A DNA stretch of 64,000 nucleotides from an uncultured Bacteroidales bacterium (GCA_963705185.1 CAVPJF010000004.1:26966-90965); one strand, 5' to 3'. Positions 1 to 11,064 are shown, counted from the stretch's first letter. The notes: generated from the letters alone by a model not told the origin. Translations and numbers: made by a program.

Positions 1-1172
1 TTTTCTGGTAAAGAAATGAAAAAAGCTTCACCCGGTTTCAGAGCGAATGACATCCCAACCAATTCAGCATTTTGCGGATCGATCCCGGTGGTTTCCGTAT
101 CAAAGCAAAATTCACTGGATTGCTGAAGCTTGTCGAGCAATTCCTTTCTTTTTTGATGTGAATCAACCAATGAATATTGATGATGTATCTCATTTATGTT
201 CTTTGTTCCGGAAAAAGGTTTATTTTCCAATTGTTCTTCTGAAGCATTGAATAATTGACCCTGAACCACCTTTTTATCTACCTCCTTTAAGGAAAGGTCA
301 GTGAACACACGTTTTGCGAAAGTCCTGAATTCAAGTTCTTCCAATAAATCTTTCAGTGCTTGCTGGTCAGGTTCAGAAATAATAAGTTGTTCTTCATTAA
401 ATTCGATAGGAACATCAAGAATTATAGTTGCCAGGGATTTCGATTGCAGACCCTGCTCCCGGAAAGCTTCAACATTTTCTTTTATTTTACCTTTAAGTTT
501 ATCTGTATTATCCAACACGTTTTCGATACTGCCAAATTCGGCAATCAGCTCTTTGGCCCGTTTTTCTCCAATTCCGGGAATTCCGGGAATATTATCCGAG
601 GCATCACCCCAAAGTCCGAGAATATCGATTACTTGTTCCGGTCGTTGGATGCCGAATTTCTCACAAACCTCTTTCACTCCCATGACTTCAGCTTTATCTC
701 CCATGCGGGCCGGTTTGTAAATGAAAGTTTTATCTGTCACAAGCTGTCCGAAATCCTTATCCGGGGTCATCATATAGGTAATGAATCCCTTTTCTTCTGC
801 CTGCTTTGCCAAAGTACCAATCACATCATCGGCTTCAAAACCGTCCTTATAAAGTATCGGGATGTTAAATGCTTCGATCAATTTTTTGACATATGGAATT
901 GAAATGGCCAGATCTTCCGGCATTTTCTCCCTTGTAGCTTTGTATTCAACAAAATCTATATGCCTGGCAGTGGGTACGAGGGTATCAAAAGCCACTCCTA
1001 TATGGGTCGGTTTTTCATTTTTCAGAACATCGTAAAGGGTATTTGCAAATCCCATTACAGCCGAAGTGTTTAATCCTTTTGAATTGATCCTTGGATTTTT
1101 GCTAAAAGCAAAATATGCCCGATAAATGAGTGCCATGGCATCGAGCAGGAAGAGTTTTTTTTGTTCAGGCAT
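1..1172 (-). CDS. polA: DNA polymerase I, N-terminal part (5'-3' exonuclease domain); runs off the window edge
   Basis: Manual reverse-strand translation from ATG at 1172: MPEQKKLFLLDAMALIYRAYFA...GFEADDVIGTLAK...TPDKDFGQLV...GLWGDASDNIPGIPGIGEK. These are hallmark PolA 5'-nuclease motifs. The gene is not in the ORF track, apparently because it is open to the window edge. Confidence 0.95.
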   Translation of the reverse strand, partial: MPEQKKLFLLDAMALIYRAYFAFSKNPRINSKGLNTSAVMGFANTLYDVLKNEKPTHIGVAFDTLVPTARHIDFVEYKATREKMPEDLAISIPYVKKLIEAFNIPILYKDGFEADDVIGTLAKQAEEKGFITYMMTPDKDFGQLVTDKTFIYKPARMGDKAEVMGVKEVCEKFGIQRPEQVIDILGLWGDASDNIPGIPGIGEKRAKELIAEFGSIENVLDNTDKLKGKIKENVEAFREQGLQSKSLATIILDVPIEFNEEQLIISEPDQQALKDLLEELEFRTFAKRVFTDLSLKEVDKKVVQGQLFNASEEQLENKPFSGTKNINEIHHQYSLVDSHQKRKELLDKLQQSSEFCFDTETTGIDPQNAELVGMSFALKPGEAFFISLPE

Positions 1173-1207
1173 AACCTATTTCTTGAGATTTAATGATTCG
1201 TATCTGG

Positions 1208-1215
1208 CAAAGATA
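1208..1215 (-). promoter_or_regulatory. Bacteroidota sigma-A -7 element (TATCTTTG) for polA
   Basis: CAAAGATA on the + strand reads TATCTTTG on the - strand, matching TAnnTTTG about 35 bp upstream of the polA start. Confidence 0.6.
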
Positions 1216-1363
1216 GCCAAACCAAGCCGTTTAGTTTTCAGAATTTTTAATTAAATAGATAACACATACCTGTGTCATTTGTTAGCTATAAATAAATTCA
1301 AAGTTTAATTCTGTTTTTATTAAATGCCTACTTTTATTGAATAAAATTTGAAAGTATTTTTCT

Positions 1364-2708
1364 ATGTCCAAATTAAAAAAATCACCCAAAAAGATATTTG
1401 TGCTCGACACTTCTGTCATCCTTTATAATCACAATGCCATCAATAGTTTTGAGGATAACGATGTCGTTATTCCCATCACTGTGCTGGAGGAGTTGGATAA
1501 CTTTAAAAAAGGAAATGAAACTAAAAATTTTGAGGCCAGGGAATTCATCCGCATCATGGACAGGCTTTCCTCTCATGGTTCATTACAAAACTGGATACCC
1601 CTCGAATTTCCGAATGCCGGAATGTTCAGGGTACAAATGGACGAAACTCCGTTAAACGGGATTAATGCAATAAAAATTTTCGGAGACAATAAACCCGATC
1701 ATCGTATCCTGAATGCAGCAATCAAGGTAAGCGAAGAGAAATCAGGATATAAGGTTATTCTTGTTACGAAGGATGTTAACCTGCGAATCAAGGCCAAATC
1801 ATTAAACATACCTTCAGAGGATTTTGAAACAGGTAAGATCAAAGACCTTGATTCTTTATATTCAGGAATTACGTTTCTTGAGAGTGTTGATCCGCTTGCG
1901 ATTGATAAAATTTACCGGGATGGATTGTGTGATGCAAAAGACATTGGTGTTGAAAAACCGATACCAAATCATTATTTCATATTAAGAAATGAGAAGTCAT
2001 CTGTACTTACCTATTATAATCCAAAGCTACAGAAGATCGAGACGGGTTGAGAAAAGGCCTGCTTATAAAATCATGCCCCGCAATGCTGAGCAGGTGTTTG
2101 CCCTTCATGCCATTACCAACGACGATATTAAACTGGTCACCCTCCAGGGAGTTGCCGGAACCGGTAAAACCTTGCTTGCTCTGGCCGGTGCATTGGACCA
2201 GAAAAGAAGTTTCAAGCAAATTTATCTGGCGCGGCCTATTGTTCCGTTGAGCAATAAAGATATTGGTTATTTGCCGGGCGATATCAAATCGAAGCTGAAC
2301 CCTTACATGGAACCATTGTGGGATAACCTGAAGTTCATACAAAATCAATTTGGCGAAAAGGACAAAGAGTTTAAAAAAATCACTGAAGCGATTGAGAGTG
2401 AAAAGCTCTTAATTCAGCCTTTGGCATACATCCGCGGAAGAAGCATTTCAAATGTTTGCTTTATTGTGGATGAAGCTCAGAACCTGACACCCCACGAAGT
2501 AAAAACAATCATCACACGTGCAGGCGAAGGAACAAAAATCATTTTTACAGGCGATATTTACCAGATTGACACTCCTTACCTTGACTCACAGAGCAACGGG
2601 CTTTCATACCTTATTGATAAGATAAAGCACCATGAAATTTATGCCCATATCAGGCTGGAAAAAGGGGAACGGTCGGAGCTGGCGAATTTGGCGAATGAGT
2701 TGCTGTAA
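1364..2708 (+). CDS. PhoH-family protein (PIN domain + PhoH ATPase, PhoH2/YlaK-like); split by a frameshift near 2045
   Basis: ORF 1364..2050 has PIN motifs FVLDTSV...LEELD...DHRIL...TKDVNLR. ORF 1989..2708 has Walker [20 protein letters not shown] and GDIYQID. Confidence 0.92.
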
Positions 2709-2712
2709 AAGG

Positions 2713-2754
2713 AGACATTAGAAATCAGACTTGAGACCTTAGACTTGAGAAACG
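2713..2754 (+). repeat. Degenerate 7-bp tandem repeat (AGAnnnn x6)
   Basis: AGACATT AGAAATC AGACTTG AGACCTT AGACTTG AGAAACG. Confidence 0.6.
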
Positions 2755-2822
2755 AAGACTAACAATTAAAGCTTGAGACAATAATACCAAACAATGTAAG
2801 CGTATGGCAGCAGGGAGCAGAC

Positions 2823-3494
2823 ATGGGAGTTAGAAATATATTTTTTAAAAGACTTTTATTTATTTTAGCACTAATTAGTCTTTGTGCTTTTAATAAACAA
2901 AAAGATTTGTCCGGATTTTACTATTCAAAGGACAGCGTTTATAATTTAACATTATCAAATGACTCTACCTTTTATTTTAAATATGGAATAGGATACCAAT
3001 ACGCTATATCTGCAGGAAATTGGAGAACTTATGATAATAATTTATTGATACTTGAAAGCAGATATATGGATTTACTTAATACACCGGTTAAAGTAGTTGA
3101 GAGTAAAAGTCAGGAAGTAGAGAATTCAATATTTTTTAAAATAAACTCTAAATTTATTGAGGATAGTAGTTGTTTCTATATAATAACTATAAATGACAGT
3201 ATTGAAGTAGTAAGTACTAAAACTCTTATTCAATTACAAACAATCGAAGAAATTACTAAAATTAAATTATTTTACGCTTGTCCTGATTATCCGGTAGTAC
3301 CATATTTTATAAGAGATACAGTTGGAACTGTGGTGTACTATGTAAAAGATCCAACTTCAAATGTATATGAGTTTGAATGGAATGTTGACGATGAATTGTT
3401 TAATTATGAAGTATTTGATAATGATACATTAGATATTAAAAACGAAAGTTTATATTTTAGATCTAAGGATATTAAGCTTATTAAAAAAAAGTAA
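2823..3494 (+). CDS. Hypothetical exported protein, AT-rich
   Basis: 223-aa ORF with an N-terminal hydrophobic signal. It is visibly more AT-rich than the flanking genes and has no motif I recognise. Confidence 0.75.
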   Translation: MGVRNIFFKRLLFILALISLCAFNKQKDLSGFYYSKDSVYNLTLSNDSTFYFKYGIGYQYAISAGNWRTYDNNLLILESRYMDLLNTPVKVVESKSQEVENSIFFKINSKFIEDSSCFYIITINDSIEVVSTKTLIQLQTIEEITKIKLFYACPDYPVVPYFIRDTVGTVVYYVKDPTSNVYEFEWNVDDELFNYEVFDNDTLDIKNESLYFRSKDIKLIKKK

Positions 3495-3504
3495 TACCCC
3501 AACT

Positions 3505-3551
3505 GGCACCAGTCTTCAAGCGTAGGCTCGAGTGCAAGAAGGACTGGTGCC
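3505..3551. repeat. REP-like inverted repeat
   Basis: GGCACCAGTC(T)TT...AAGGACTGGTGCC hairpin just downstream of the AT-rich ORF. Confidence 0.6.
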
Positions 3552-3732
3552 TTCAATAACATAAAACAATAAGTTCCCTCCAAACTGGGGCAAGTCTTGT
3601 GCGGTCAGGGGTTAGGGTACTAGACTAGTATAGTTGTGAATGAGTTGCTGTAATGAATATTTGTCTCCCTGTTGTCCTGAAAGCAGTATCAACGAATTAA
3701 TTTTTCCTCCTGTTCGATTCCGAACAATTATT

Positions 3733-3740
3733 TATCTTTG
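3733..3740 (+). promoter_or_regulatory. Bacteroidota -7 promoter element TATCTTTG
   Basis: Matches TAnnTTTG about 40 bp upstream of the response regulator start at 3782. Confidence 0.6.
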
Positions 3741-3781
3741 CCCTTTGAGTAACAAAGGTTTATCAATTAGTAAATATCAGG

Positions 3782-5161
3782 ATGAGTAAATTAGATGCAA
3801 AAATTTTAATTGTTGACGATGATCAGGATGTTTTGCTTGCTGCAAAACTCTTTTTAAAACAGCATTTCGATATCGTTCATACCGAAAAAAATCCCGAGAA
3901 TCTTCCGGGACTGTTGGCCAATGAAAATTACGATGTCATTTTGCTCGACATGAACTTTTCGAAGGATGCAACCAGTGGTAAGGAAGGATTTCACTGGCTG
4001 AATGTGATCCTTGAAACCGATCCGGCAGCGGTGGTTATTTTCATTACCGGTTACGGCGACATTGAACTTGCGGTTCAGGGTATAAAAGAAGGCGCTACCA
4101 ATTTCCTGCTGAAACCGTGGGAGAACAAAAAACTTCTCGCCACCATTACGGCCAACCTGAAAGTACGGGAGTCGAAGAAGGAACTGGAGGATTTAAGAAC
4201 CAAGCAGAAAGTATTAATTGCCGATTCTGATCAGTCGTACAGCGATATCATCGGGCAATCGTCTGCCATGGATCAGCTTCTGAGTTCGGTTCAAAAAGTG
4301 GCAATCACCGAGGCTAATATCCTGATACTGGGTGAAAACGGGACGGGAAAGGAGCTGGTAGCCCGAGCCATTCATAAAGCATCGAGCCGGAAAAACGAAG
4401 TATTCATCAGTGTCGACCTCGGCGCCATCAGTGAAACGCTGTTTGAGAGTGAACTTTTTGGTTCGAAAAAGGGAGCCTTTACCGATGCCATCGAAGATCG
4501 GGCCGGAAGATTTGAAGCGGCCAATAAAGGAACCATCTTTCTTGATGAAATAGGCAATCTGACATTGAGTTTGCAAAGTAAATTGCTTAGTGTTTTGCAA
4601 AACCGGAAAGTGGTAAGGCTGGGAACGAATAAAGAAATTCCGATTGATGTCCGTCTGATTTGTGCTACCAACATGCCGCTTTATCAGATGGTGCAGGAAA
4701 ATAAATTCAGGCAGGATCTATTATACAGAATCAATACAGTTGAGGTAAAAGTACCGTCACTTAAAGACCGTCTTGAAGATTTGCCGTTGCTGATCGACCA
4801 TTTTTTAAAAATATACTGTAAGAAGTACAATCTTCCATTAAAGAGAGTCAGTTCATCCACAATCAAGCGATTGGAAAAGCACAATTGGCCGGGAAATATA
4901 AGGGAGTTACAGCATTCAGTTGAGAGGGCTGTCATCATGAGCGAATCGCAGGTGCTTGAGCCCACTGATTTTTTCCTGTCGCAGATGGATAACCTTAAAC
5001 CGGAAGATATAAATCAGTCATCTCTTAACCTTGAAGAAACGGAGAAAATGCTGATCAGGAAAGTAATTGATAAATACGGTGGTAACATTAGTAAAGCTGC
5101 AAAGGAATTGGGTTTAACAAGGGCTTCCTTGTACCGCAGAATAGAAAAATATGATTTATAA
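3782..5161 (+). CDS. Sigma-54-dependent response regulator (NtrC family: REC-AAA+-HTH)
   Basis: REC domain (ILIVDDD, LLDMN), GENGTGKE, ESELFG..KGAFTDA, WPGNIREL and a C-terminal Fis-type HTH. Confidence 0.95.
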   Translation: MSKLDAKILIVDDDQDVLLAAKLFLKQHFDIVHTEKNPENLPGLLANENYDVILLDMNFSKDATSGKEGFHWLNVILETDPAAVVIFITGYGDIELAVQGIKEGATNFLLKPWENKKLLATITANLKVRESKKELEDLRTKQKVLIADSDQSYSDIIGQSSAMDQLLSSVQKVAITEANILILGENGTGKELVARAIHKASSRKNEVFISVDLGAISETLFESELFGSKKGAFTDAIEDRAGRFEAANKGTIFLDEIGNLTLSLQSKLLSVLQNRKVVRLGTNKEIPIDVRLICATNMPLYQMVQENKFRQDLLYRINTVEVKVPSLKDRLEDLPLLIDHFLKIYCKKYNLPLKRVSSSTIKRLEKHNWPGNIRELQHSVERAVIMSESQVLEPTDFFLSQMDNLKPEDINQSSLNLEETEKMLIRKVIDKYGGNISKAAKELGLTRASLYRRIEKYDL

Positions 5162-6506
5162 CCGGTTTTTCTTTAATGTTGTATTCAGGGTATTGCTATT
5201 AGTGGCAAGTACCTTCCTATTTATTTATCTCATTACTGTTGCAAAGCATGAAGTTAGCAGCATCATCCTTGGATTACTGATCCTTTTCGAAACCTACTGG
5301 CTGATTCATTATGTAAATCAAACCAATGCAAAGCTTACCCTGTTTTTTGACAGCATCCGGCATTCAGACTTTTCCACCTCCTTCACCGATAAAAAGCTTG
5401 GGAAAAGTTTTGAAAAATTGAGCAATTCATTCAATCAGGTCATTGCCGAGTTTAAAAAGAACCGGGCGGAAAAAGAGGAGCACTATAATTACCTTCAAAC
5501 GGTGGTGCAGCATATCAATATCGGGATTGTTTGCTTTGGAAAGGATGGTAAAGTGGATATGTATAACAATGCGGCCAAGAGGCTTTTTGCAAAAAATATT
5601 CTTCGAAATATCCACGAACTTGAGATTGTCAAAAAAGAACTTCCTGAAATTCTCATGAAGTTAAAGGCCGGTGATAAAACATTGATAAAAATTTTTACAG
5701 AGGATGAATTAAAGCAACTATCACTCTATGCCACTGAATTCAGGATGCGCGGTGAAGAATACACACTTGTAGCTTTTCATGATATCCATGCCGAACTGGA
5801 AGAAAAGGAAATTGAATCATGGCAGAAATTGATCAGGGTGCTGACCCATGAAATCATGAATTCCATAACACCCATATCCTCACTGGCTTCTACTGTCCAC
5901 GAAATGCTGATTGATCATTCTGCTGAGAAACCTGTCCTAAAAAAATTGGATGAAGATGATTTGGACAGTATTGAAAATGCGCTAACAACAGTTCAGAACA
6001 GGAGCCAGGGTCTGCTTAATTTTGTTGACATTTATCGTAACCTGACCCGAATTCCCAAACCCAACTTCAGATATTTCAATGTGAGGGAAGCCTTTGACCG
6101 GGCAGAGTTGCTGATGAAACCAAAAATCGAAGGATTAAACATTACTTGCAATTGCAGGGTTTTCCCGCAGGACCTCATGCTTACCGCCGATCCGGACTTG
6201 CTCGATCAGGTGATCATAAACTTATTACTGAATGCCATTGATGCCGTGAAAAACAAAGAGCATCCCGAGATTTCCATGATTGCGTACAACAATCAAAGCA
6301 ACCGCACAACCATTGAAGTTTCGGATAACGGAACGGGTATCAGGCCCGATATCATCGATAAAATATTTATGCCTTTTTTCACCTCCAAATCAGAAGGTTC
6401 GGGAATTGGATTGAGCCTGTCGAGGCAAATCATGCATTTGCATAAAGGTTCGATTTCCGTAAAATCAAAAATGGATGAAGGGTCGGTTTTTACCTTAATT
6501 TTTTAA
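5151..6506 (+). CDS. Sensor histidine kinase (NtrY-like; 2 TM helices, PAS-like domain, HATPase)
   Basis: H-box LTHEIMNS, N-box QVIINLLLNA, DNGTG, PFFTSK and GSGIGLS. Overlaps the regulator's stop codon. Confidence 0.95.
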   Translation: MIYNRFFFNVVFRVLLLVASTFLFIYLITVAKHEVSSIILGLLILFETYWLIHYVNQTNAKLTLFFDSIRHSDFSTSFTDKKLGKSFEKLSNSFNQVIAEFKKNRAEKEEHYNYLQTVVQHINIGIVCFGKDGKVDMYNNAAKRLFAKNILRNIHELEIVKKELPEILMKLKAGDKTLIKIFTEDELKQLSLYATEFRMRGEEYTLVAFHDIHAELEEKEIESWQKLIRVLTHEIMNSITPISSLASTVHEMLIDHSAEKPVLKKLDEDDLDSIENALTTVQNRSQGLLNFVDIYRNLTRIPKPNFRYFNVREAFDRAELLMKPKIEGLNITCNCRVFPQDLMLTADPDLLDQVIINLLLNAIDAVKNKEHPEISMIAYNNQSNRTTIEVSDNGTGIRPDIIDKIFMPFFTSKSEGSGIGLSLSRQIMHLHKGSISVKSKMDEGSVFTLIF

Positions 6507-6521
6507 TCACAGTAATTTTTT

Positions 6522-7519
6522 ATGAAGACAAGGATTTTATTTTTTCTGATGATAGGATCAATACTTATGTCATGCAGTGAAAGCAGGAAAAAAGAATCGA
6601 AAACTGAGGCCTCCCAACAAAAGCCCAAAGTTGAAATTCCGTTGTTCAATCCTGATTCCGCTTATCATTTTGTTAAGACCCAGGTTGATTTTGGTCCCCG
6701 GGTTCCAAACACAAAGAATCATGCAAATTGCGCTGATTATTTATTCGGGAAACTACAATTCTATTCTGATACCGCATTGGTTCAGTCGTTTAAAACGAAA
6801 GTATTTGACGGCACTTTAATAAATGGGAAAAATATCGTTGGAATTTTTAACCCCGAAAAACAAAAAAGAGTTTTATTATGTGCTCATTGGGATTCAAGGC
6901 CATTTGCCGATCACGATCCCGATCCTTCTTTGCAGAATACTCCCATTGATGGAGCAAATGATGGAGCAAGCGGTGTTGGCGTTTTACTTGAAATGGCGAG
7001 GCTGATGGCGATAAACAAGCCAGGAATTGGAATTGATATTATATTTTTTGATGTGGAAGATTATGGCCCGCCTAAAAATCATCCAAGCAGCGAGGTTAAA
7101 GACCAATATGGTTTAGGTTCCAGTATTGGTCAAAAATCCGCATGATCCTGATTATACTGCCGATTATGGAATTTTGCTCGATATGGTAGGTGCTGCAAAT
7201 GCAAGATTTTATATGGAGGGCTATTCTGTGCAATATGCATCCGGAATTTTAAAGAAAGTATGGAGCATAGCAAACAGAGCAGGTTTTTCAGAGTATTTCG
7301 TTTTCGATCAGGTGGGATATATTGATGACGATCATAAATACATCAATGAGATTGCAAAAATCCCTACAATTAATATTATTCATCTTGATCCGGAATCCTC
7401 AAATGGAAGCTTTTTTGAATATTGGCATACCGCAGGTGATAACCTAAGTGTGATTGATAAGCAAACCCTTAAATGTGGTTGGGCAAACTTTGCTCAATGT
7501 GATTTTCGGGGAAAAATAA
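6522..7519 (+). CDS. M28-family peptidase / glutaminyl cyclase-like lipoprotein; frameshifts near 7130 and 7475
   Basis: Lipobox LMSC; motifs FGPRVPNT, CAHWDSRP, GANDGASGVG, FFDVEDYG; second fragment has LLDMVG, DDH and WHT. Reading through the indels ends at TAA 7517-7519. Confidence 0.88.
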
Positions 7520-7543
7520 TTCATCAATTTTTCAATAGAGTAT

Positions 7544-7663
7544 TTTTACCACATAGAATCATAGGAACATAGATTTCACATAGACAATATTTTAACGAAA
7601 CGAATTTTTATGATTTATCAACTATGTGTCACACTATGTATCTACTGTGTCTATGTGGTAAAA
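7544..7663. repeat. Intergenic inverted-repeat element (MITE-like) between convergent genes
   Basis: Termini TTTTACCACATAGA (7544..7557) and TCTATGTGGTAAAA (7650..7663), with internal CATAG/CTATG sub-repeats. Confidence 0.75.
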
Positions 7664-7689
7664 GAGAATTGCAGAAAGTAAACTTCAGG

Positions 7690-8385
7690 TTAATGCTCTT
7701 CAGCTTTTAATTTTTCCTCAAAATCATCAAGGGTCATTGCATCAGAAAGTAAAATTATCCAATCCGGGTGCGGCACAATGAAGTGAGATAAGCACCGGAG
7801 TTCAGCGCTTTCCCATAATCCCTGGCTAAAGACCGGATGTAGGTTCCTTTGGTGCAAACTACCCTGAACGAAATTTCCGGCAGTTCAGGATTAACAATTT
7901 CAAATTCATGGATAATTATCCTTTTTGGTGGAAGTTCAAATGCTTCTTTGTTGCGTGCTTTGTGGTATGCTCTTGTACCGTTTACATTTACAGCTGAAAA
8001 GGTTGGGGGAATCTGATCCTGTTCACCGATAAACTTTTTAGCGGTTTCTTTTAACAGGTTTTCGGTGATATGACTTGTTTCAAATGTGTCATTAACCACC
8101 GATTCCTCGTCGTAAGAAGGAGTAGTTGCGCCAATAAAAAATGTACCGGTATACTCTTTTTCCTGGCCCTGAAATTCATCAATTCGTTTGGTAAACTTGC
8201 CGGTACAAATGATAAGCAACCCTGAAGCCAACGGATCAAGTGTCCCGGCATGGCCTACCTTTATTTTTTTTATCCCGGTGTTCTTTATTAATCAGGTTCC
8301 GGACTTTTTTTACCGCATCAAATGATGTCCAGTTATAGGGTTTATTGATCAGCAGAATTTCTCCGGTAACAAAGTCGAATGCCAT
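7690..8385 (-). CDS. truB: tRNA pseudouridine(55) synthase; frameshifted
   Basis: From ATG 8385: [23 protein letters not shown]..., then KVGHAGTLDPLASG, QIPPTFSA and CTKGTYIRSLARD. Confidence 0.93.
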
Positions 8386-9165
8386 CAGCCAATAGTTAAA
8401 TCAACTCCAAAGGCGATCAGTGCGAGGATCACTATACCGACAATAATTCTGTAATAACCAAAAACCCTAAATCCATGTTTGGTCAGGTAGGTGATGAATG
8501 ATTTGATAGCGATCATGGCAACAATAAATGCCACGATATTTCCGACGATTAAAATTTCGATATTCTGCAGGTCAATCGCTTTATAATTTGACATAAGTTT
8601 ATATCCCGAAGCAGCAAACATGGTGGGAACTGCCAGGAAAAATGAAAATTCAGCTGCGGTTTTCCTGTTCAGCTTTTGGGTCATTCCCCCTATTATTGTG
8701 GCCGCAGATCGCGATACTCCGGGAATCATTGAAATACATTGAAACAACCCGATTTTAAAAGCTGTCGGGTAGCTGATTGTCTGGTCCTCAATAGGCTTAT
8801 TGAACCATTTATCAATGAATAAAAGAATAACTCCTCCCAGTATCATAGTAACGGCGACAACGTAAACATTTTCGAGCATGCTATCGATAAAATCACTGAA
8901 CAGGAAGCCAAGTATTGCCGCAGGAATAAACGCTACAAAAAGTTTCAGGTAAAAATTTAGCCGATTGAATAAAATGCCTCCAATATAGTACAACCACCGA
9001 AAGGATCGCCCCGAACTGAATATTGACGATAAAGGCTTTTACAAAATCATTCGTTTCCATTCCTAATATTCCCTGGGTAAGGATCATGTGTCCGGTGGAG
9101 GAAATGGGCAGAAATTCAGTGATTCCTTCAACGATTGAAATGATGATTGCTTCTAACCAGGTCAT
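8385..9165 (-). CDS. uppP: Undecaprenyl-diphosphate phosphatase; frameshift near 8970
   Basis: [34 protein letters not shown] and [11 protein letters not shown] across two overlapping ORFs. Confidence 0.95.
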
Positions 9166-9259
9166 AATTAAGATAGGAAATTATAAATGTTGAATTTTGG
9201 ATTAATGAAACCTGTCATGGAAAGTTTTCTCATCCAAAATAATGAACTATGATTGAGGA

Positions 9260-9538
9260 TTAATCTTTGGGCTTTTTCATGATGGCAAATATCTCCACTA
9301 CATAACCCGCCAGCACAAGAATAGGAGCAAGGGTAAGCCTTCTGAAGTTGAAAATATCATCACTAAAAACATTCGGGTCCTTCGATCCCCCGCCGATCAT
9401 CAGCAAAAATCCCACAAGGATAAGAACCAGCCCAATCAGAAGGAGTTTGTAGTTTTCTTTGCCAAATGCAAAATCAGAGGAAGAAGCAGTTTTTTGCTTT
9501 TCAGGAGATGAGGGTTTATTTGTTTCCTTTTGTTTCAT
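9260..9538 (-). CDS. DUF3098-family small membrane protein
   Basis: FAFGKENYKLLLIG...GGGS.DPNVF...RRLTLAP, in the typical Bacteroidota ftsX-DUF3098-uppP-truB gene order. Confidence 0.85.
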   Translation of the reverse strand: MKQKETNKPSSPEKQKTASSSDFAFGKENYKLLLIGLVLILVGFLLMIGGGSKDPNVFSDDIFNFRRLTLAPILVLAGYVVEIFAIMKKPKD

Positions 9539-9589
9539 GTGTTTTTAATTAAGCTTCAATAAAACGATGGCAAAGGTAATATATGTTTT

Positions 9590-10469
9590 CTAATAATAAA
9601 GTGAATCCGTTTTCAGCCTGATATATTTTCGTACTGCGAAATAGTTCGATAGCCATGAGATCAGGATACCCGCGAGGATTACCATTCCGAAAAGAGAAAG
9701 GAACATATCAATATCCTGCAGGCTAACCAGTTCAGGCAATTCGCGCTGCGCTATATAAATGATGCCAATGAGCAGTAAAATTGCGACAATGGCGCCAATT
9801 ACTCCCTGTAAAATTCCAATCATAATAAACGGCCGGCTGATGAAGTCGCCGGGTAGCACCAACCAACTGCATGCTTCGGATGATAAACCGCTTGGAATAA
9901 ACTGAAAGCCGGATTGTGTTATTGATGAGTGCAATGGCGATGACAAGAAGTAAAAGACTAAATCCAAACAGGATAAAACTGATTTTTCTAACGTTCTTGT
10001 TCACCACGTCTACAAGCGATTCCTGGTAGAAGACTTCCTTCACATTGCTGTCTTCAAGAATTTCTTTTTTGATGATAGCGAGGCTGTCGTTGTTGGCATA
10101 CTCTGCTTTAAACCTTACTTCAATGGTTGGGAGAAGCGGATTGTAACCGAGGAAACTTGTGAAGTCTTCTCCCAGTTCAGCAGCGAATTCTTTGGCAGCT
10201 TCTTCCTTTGTAATGTACTTGGTTGATTTTACATATTCTGTTGCATCCAGGATTTTCTGAAGCTTGATGATACCGGCTTCCTTTACATTATCCTTCATGA
10301 TGATGGAAAAACCGATATTCTCTTTCACATAATCCGACAATTTTTTTGCATGAAGAATGATCAGTCCAAGCAAACCCAGCATAAAAAGCACCAACGACAC
10401 ACTGACCACTGTTGTGATGTATGAACTATGGAGCCGTTTACGGTAATTTTTTTCTTCGTGCTTTGCCAT
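9590..10469 (-). CDS. ftsX: Cell division permease FtsX; frameshift near 9850
   Basis: ITTVVSVSLVLFMLG, LGYNPL, LINNTIRLSVYSKRFIIRSMQLVGAT, continuing FISRPF. Confidence 0.92.
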
Positions 10470-10606
10470 CCTTGCTTAATAAGTGTCCAAAAATAATAAT
10501 TTTAACCATGACTGCAGTTTTAATATTTGTTAAAATGAACATTTAAAGTTGTCTTGAACAATGATAACCCTAAGCCTTTGCTTATCTTTGCTGAAAGATT
10601 TGTCCA

Positions 10607-11038
10607 ATGCTGGAAATTAAACGATTTGGATTTCAGGATAGGAAGCTGTTTGAAATCTGCAGTTCAATCCGCACCCGGGTTTTTGTGGAAGAACAAAAGG
10701 TTGACAGGGCACTGGAATACGATCATGAGGAGGAGAGCCATTTCTATCTTTTGTATTTTGATGGAAAGCCTGTTGCAACTGCCCGCTGGCGCGAAACAGA
10801 AAAGGGCATAAAGTTGGAGCGGTTTGCCATGCTGAAGGAATTCAGGAATCAGGGGTTGGGATCTGAATTGTTGAACGAAGTTTTAAAAGATGTACAGAAA
10901 TTGGATAAAAAGATTTACCTGCATTCACAGTTAAAGGCAGTCAGTTATTATGAAAGGGCAGGGTTTGTAAAAAAGGGAGAAATATTTACCGAGGCGGGGA
11001 TTGAGCATTACAGGATGGAACTGGGAAAGAATACTTGA
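10607..11038 (+). CDS. GNAT N-acetyltransferase (ElaA/YjcF-like)
   Basis: IRTRVFVEEQ, RFAMLKEFRNQGLG, YYERAGF and F.EAGIEH. A TATCTTTG promoter element lies at 10583..10590. Confidence 0.9.
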   Translation: MLEIKRFGFQDRKLFEICSSIRTRVFVEEQKVDRALEYDHEEESHFYLLYFDGKPVATARWRETEKGIKLERFAMLKEFRNQGLGSELLNEVLKDVQKLDKKIYLHSQLKAVSYYERAGFVKKGEIFTEAGIEHYRMELGKNT

Positions 11039-11064
11039 CCTACTAAAGAAAACAAATAAGAGTT

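Larger units (their letters stand above)
2693..3653. repeat. 16-bp direct repeat GAATGAGTTGCTGTAA (2693..2708 and 3638..3653) bracketing an AT-rich insert
   Basis: Exact match read from the sequence. The first copy is the last codons and stop of the phoH-family gene. Confidence 0.85.

Noticed and set aside
47-902. Plus-strand ORFs 47..250, 301..720 and 360..902
   Set aside because: They are antisense shadows of polA, whose motifs are clear on the minus strand. The many other short ORFs nested in or opposite real genes were rejected for the same reason.
2713-2780. Short repeats as a possible CRISPR array
   Set aside because: These are 7-bp degenerate units with no spacers. No 25-45-bp repeat-spacer periodicity and no cas genes were seen anywhere in the window.
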